Shown one piece after another: positions 61,308 through 64,000 of a stretch of 64,000 nucleotides of DNA (position 1 is the first letter of the stretch; each line of letters begins with the position of its first letter). The DNA is from Candidatus Dormiibacterota bacterium (GTDB lineage Bacteria > Chloroflexota > Dormibacteria > Aeolococcales > Aeolococcaceae), in NCBI GenBank assembly GCA_963789735.1, contig CAWBLV010000006.1, positions 810,846-874,845 of the forward strand, read 5' to 3'. The translations under genes were made by a program, and so were the position numbers. The notes under the pieces are model-generated. The model saw only the letters and a program-made list of their open reading frames with translations. It was not told the DNA's origin and searched no databases.

Positions 61308-61973
61308 ATGAGTTCGCGCACCGCGACGCCCCCGATTCGGTTTGAGGCCAGGCTGTCTCTGGTCGGGAAGTCGACCATCGTGCGTCTGCCCAAGAAGGCG
61401 AGCAAGGAACTGCCGTCGCGCGGGCAGGTGGCGGTGCGAGGGAGCATCAACGGCCACGCCTTCCAGACGGTAGTGGAACCAGACGGGAACTTTGGCCACT
61501 GGATAAAACTCAACCGCAAGCTGGAGAAGGTCGCTGCCGTCGGCGCGGGCGACTCCGTGACGCTCGAGGTTGAGCCGCTCAAAGACTGGCCGGAGCCGGA
61601 TGTGCCACACGATCTCAAGGCAGCGCTGGCAGCTGCACCCGAGGAGATCCAGGCGATGTGGGAAGACATCACGCCTATGGCGCGCTGGGAATGGGTTCGA
61701 TGGGTCAACGCGACCGCAAACGCCGATACGCGCAAACGACGGGTCGAGGTGACCATCTCGAAAATGCAGAACGGGAAGAGGCGCCCCTGTTGCTTCAACC
61801 TCGCCGGGTGTACCGACCCCGACCTGTCGAAAAACGGCAAACTTATCGAGTTCATCCGCGCCCTAGCGGAGCGCCCCGGCGTCGCCGTTGCTACGCCAGG
61901 TCTCGGATCACGGCCGCGAGCGTTCGCACCGCGCTTCTCAGGACTTGCTCATCGGATGAGCCAAATCCGATGA
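61308..61973 (+). CDS. DUF1905 + YdeI/OmpD-associated (bacteriocin-protection) domain protein
   Basis: Start at internal ATG 61308 (MSSRTATPPIRFEARLSLVGKSTIVRLP...); the ORF caller's upstream extension would overlap the SRPBCC gene. C-terminal YdeI motif (WEWVRWVNATANADTRKRRVE). Confidence 0.65.
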   Translation: MSSRTATPPIRFEARLSLVGKSTIVRLPKKASKELPSRGQVAVRGSINGHAFQTVVEPDGNFGHWIKLNRKLEKVAAVGAGDSVTLEVEPLKDWPEPDVPHDLKAALAAAPEEIQAMWEDITPMARWEWVRWVNATANADTRKRRVEVTISKMQNGKRRPCCFNLAGCTDPDLSKNGKLIEFIRALAERPGVAVATPGLGSRPRAFAPRFSGLAHRMSQIR

Positions 61974-63357
61974 GCAAGCCGGGTCGTGCACCCGGACCCA
62001 TGTAGCAACTCGAGAGCGGCGACGGGTGAATGCCGAGCGATGCGGCTCGGCGCACAACCTCGTGATCGTCGATGCCGTCGCGCAGGAAGGCGACAACATG
62101 GAGACCGGCGTCGGTGTTGCCGAGAGTCAGCACATCGGCTGCATCCTCCTGTACCGCTTCCAGCAGCGCATCGCGGCGCCCCATGTAGACGGCTCGCATC
62201 CGGCGCAGGTGCCGCGCGAATTGACCATCGCGAAGGAAATCGTTGACAACAAGCTGGGGGAGAGTAGGTGACAGGATGTCGAGCGCAGTCCGGACGCGAA
62301 TGAATGTGTCGACCAGCTCCCGTGGAACAACCATGTAGCCGAGACGCAATGCCGGAAAGATGACCTTGCTGAATGTCCCGAGGTAGATGACGCGATTGTC
62401 CGAATCCATTCCCTGGAGTGAGCCCACCGGCCGGCTCGAGTATCGGAATTCGCTGTCGTAGTCGTCTTCGACGATCCACGCATTGGCTCGTGCCGCCCAT
62501 CGCAAAAGTTCGAGCCGGCGTGCCAATCCCATGGACATGCCGAGCGGATATTGATGGGATGGTGTGACGTGCACGAGCGAGACCGGCGAGTCGAGGCGTG
62601 CGAGGGCGGCGACGTCGATACCTTCTTTGTCAATCGCGACCGGGATGACCGTTGCTCCCGCGACACAAAGCGCCTGCTTTGCACCTGGGTATCCCGGCTC
62701 CTCGACGCAGACTGCCGACTCGGTTTTCGTCAGTGCCAGGGCGGCGATCATCAGTGCCATCTGCGACCCGCTGACGATGAGCACCTGGCCGGCATCGCAC
62801 TCAACGGCTCGCGCGGTGCGCAGGAACTCGGCGACCGCCTCACGCAATGGCCCATAGCCGGCCGGATCTCCGTAGGCCAGCAGGTCGGGCGGGGGCGTTG
62901 CATGGCGTCGAATCAACCGTCCGAAGAGCTCGCTTGGAAATCGGTCCAAGGCTGGGCAGTTGACTGCGAGCGGTCCAATGTCACTCGTGCGGCGAGGCTC
63001 ATCACCGGCTGCTGACGGCGCGATCGTTGCCGACTCGGTGTGCAGCGGTGGCCGTCGCGCGCCGATCGGCCGGCTGACCTCGTCGGGGATGTTGTAGCGG
63101 ACAAAGGTGCCCGAACCAACCTTGCCGTCGAGATAGCCCTCTTGCAGCAGTTGATCGAACGCGCTGAACACCGGGTAGCGCGAAATCTGCAGCTCCTCGG
63201 CAAGCGTGCGCGTGGATGGGAGGCGCTGACCGGGGCTGAGCCGCCCCGACGTGATCGCCGCGCGAACTCCCTCGTAGATTTGCAGATAGAAGGGCACCGG
63301 CGAGGATCGATCGAACGGAATGATGGGGATCACCCCGATGCTTGCGGATCTACGCAT
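61891..63357 (-). CDS. MocR/GabR-subfamily GntR regulator (HTH + PLP-dependent aminotransferase-like domain)
   Basis: Probable start ATG 63357 (MRRSASIGVIPIIPFDRSSPVPFYLQIYEGV...). GntR HTH (GQRLPSTRTLAEELQISRYPV) plus fold-type I aminotransferase domain. Confidence 0.8.
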   Translation of the reverse strand: MRRSASIGVIPIIPFDRSSPVPFYLQIYEGVRAAITSGRLSPGQRLPSTRTLAEELQISRYPVFSAFDQLLQEGYLDGKVGSGTFVRYNIPDEVSRPIGARRPPLHTESATIAPSAAGDEPRRTSDIGPLAVNCPALDRFPSELFGRLIRRHATPPPDLLAYGDPAGYGPLREAVAEFLRTARAVECDAGQVLIVSGSQMALMIAALALTKTESAVCVEEPGYPGAKQALCVAGATVIPVAIDKEGIDVAALARLDSPVSLVHVTPSHQYPLGMSMGLARRLELLRWAARANAWIVEDDYDSEFRYSSRPVGSLQGMDSDNRVIYLGTFSKVIFPALRLGYMVVPRELVDTFIRVRTALDILSPTLPQLVVNDFLRDGQFARHLRRMRAVYMGRRDALLEAVQEDAADVLTLGNTDAGLHVVAFLRDGIDDHEVVRRAASLGIHPSPLSSCYMGPGARPGLLIGFGSSDEQVLRSAVRTLAAVIRDLA

Positions 63358-63560
63358 GCGCGTCCCCGCGGTGCGACAGCGTTGCGGCGGCCATGCCGGC
63401 GCTGGTGACGTCTGTTGCCGCGTACGTGAGCTCATGCCGCATCGGAACTCCTTCCGGTTGAGTAGTCATCTCGTCTTCGCGGGCCCGTCCCCTACGAGTT
63501 AAGACGACATCAAGCGGAAAACTCATCGCTTTCACGCAACGCGGTACGAGCGGCAGCGGT

Positions 63561-63590
63561 GCAGCCATGCGGCGTAAGCCGCATGGCTGC
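63561..63590. terminator. Perfect 13-bp stem / GTAA tetraloop hairpin
   Basis: GCAGCCATGCGGC-GTAA-GCCGCATGGCTGC, 24 nt downstream of the minus-strand gene ending at 63614; no U-tract. May terminate that gene ahead of the mocR promoter. Confidence 0.3.
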
Positions 63591-63613
63591 ATGGCCTCTA
63601 CTGCGTGATCCGC

Positions 63614-64000
63614 TCAGGACCAGCGCCAGTTCTCTGGGTAGATCTGCAGGAGCGGATCCTGCGGGCCGGTGCCCTGCAGATCCTTGTTGATCTCCGAGAG
63701 CTGCGCGTCCGAAACGGGAAGCCAGATGACAGGGAGTTGCTTGGCGAGGTAGTCCTCGTACGTGTACATGGCCTGCACGTTGCTGCTTGTCTCGGTTGCG
63801 AGGATGTCGCTCTCCGCCTGCGGGTCACAGTAGCCGCCGGAGTCCGAGCCCGCGTACGCAACGCTGGCGCCGGAGCCGGTGCACGACCAGAGCTCATCGC
63901 CGGTGGGCTCGTAGTCGGGTGCGTAGATCCAACCGGCACCCCAATACTCCATGTCCCAGGTGTGACTGGTGGGAGTCGCGTTGCCGATCACCGTGTCAAA
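63614..64000 (-). CDS. Partial CDS: C-terminal part of a secreted protein, possibly a solute-binding protein (runs off window end)
   Basis: Open frame from window edge to stop at 63614 (...PVIWLPVSDAQLSEINKDLQG...ENWRWS*). Confidence 0.4.
   Translation of the reverse strand, partial: FDTVIGNATPTSHTWDMEYWGAGWIYAPDYEPTGDELWSCTGSGASVAYAGSDSGGYCDPQAESDILATETSSNVQAMYTYEDYLAKQLPVIWLPVSDAQLSEINKDLQGTGPQDPLLQIYPENWRWS

Overview
High-GC (~70%) chromosomal core segment, almost certainly from an actinobacterium. Supporting markers: mycothiol-type MDMPI/DinB_2 proteins, an F420-type PPOX protein, the GlgE alpha-glucan pathway, an ECF42 sigma factor and a mycolic-acid-type CFA-synthase methyltransferase. 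The window is gene-dense on both strands. Main content: de novo purine genes in two blocks (purQ-purL-purF at 132-4541; purM-purN-purH at 15191-18380), separated by about 10 kb. That 10 kb holds a DrrAB-like ABC exporter with a divergent TetR-fusion regulator, a YciI/ECF42 sigma pair, and a korAB 2-oxoglutarate:ferredoxin oxidoreductase operon with a GltD-like oxidoreductase. Downstream: the complete GlgE operon (glgE-treS-mak-glgB), a TlpA-like thioredoxin protein plus CcdA, a CFA-synthase-like methyltransferase, aconitase, a DUF3137-LemA pair, RecJ, a Crp/Fnr regulator divergent from an XRE-MEDS regulator, and cobB followed by ChlI-like AAA+ and VWA genes (putative cobaltochelatase accessory). 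Further on: L25/Ctc, MscS, an HspR-like MerR regulator, CorA, a secreted cluster (G1 peptidase, sortase-type DUF3494 'ice-binding-like' protein, DUF1440), queC, and a stress-type cluster (MBL hydrolase, ArsR-SRPBCC, DUF2461, SRPBCC, YdeI, MocR). Non-coding features: a 180-bp MITE-like element with TA target duplication (28237-28420), a nested-hairpin element sharing an AGGGGATGGG core with it (50672-50792), candidate operators/CRP-like sites, and AT-rich promoter islands. Quality caveat: at least 10 conserved genes (korA, gltD-like, tlpA-like, acn, recJ, DUF998, VWA, B12-binding, histidine phosphatase, corA) carry single-base frameshifts. Most are an extra G/C in a short G or C run, so they are most likely consensus indel errors, not pseudogenes. 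No CRISPR array, rRNA or convincing tRNA was seen.
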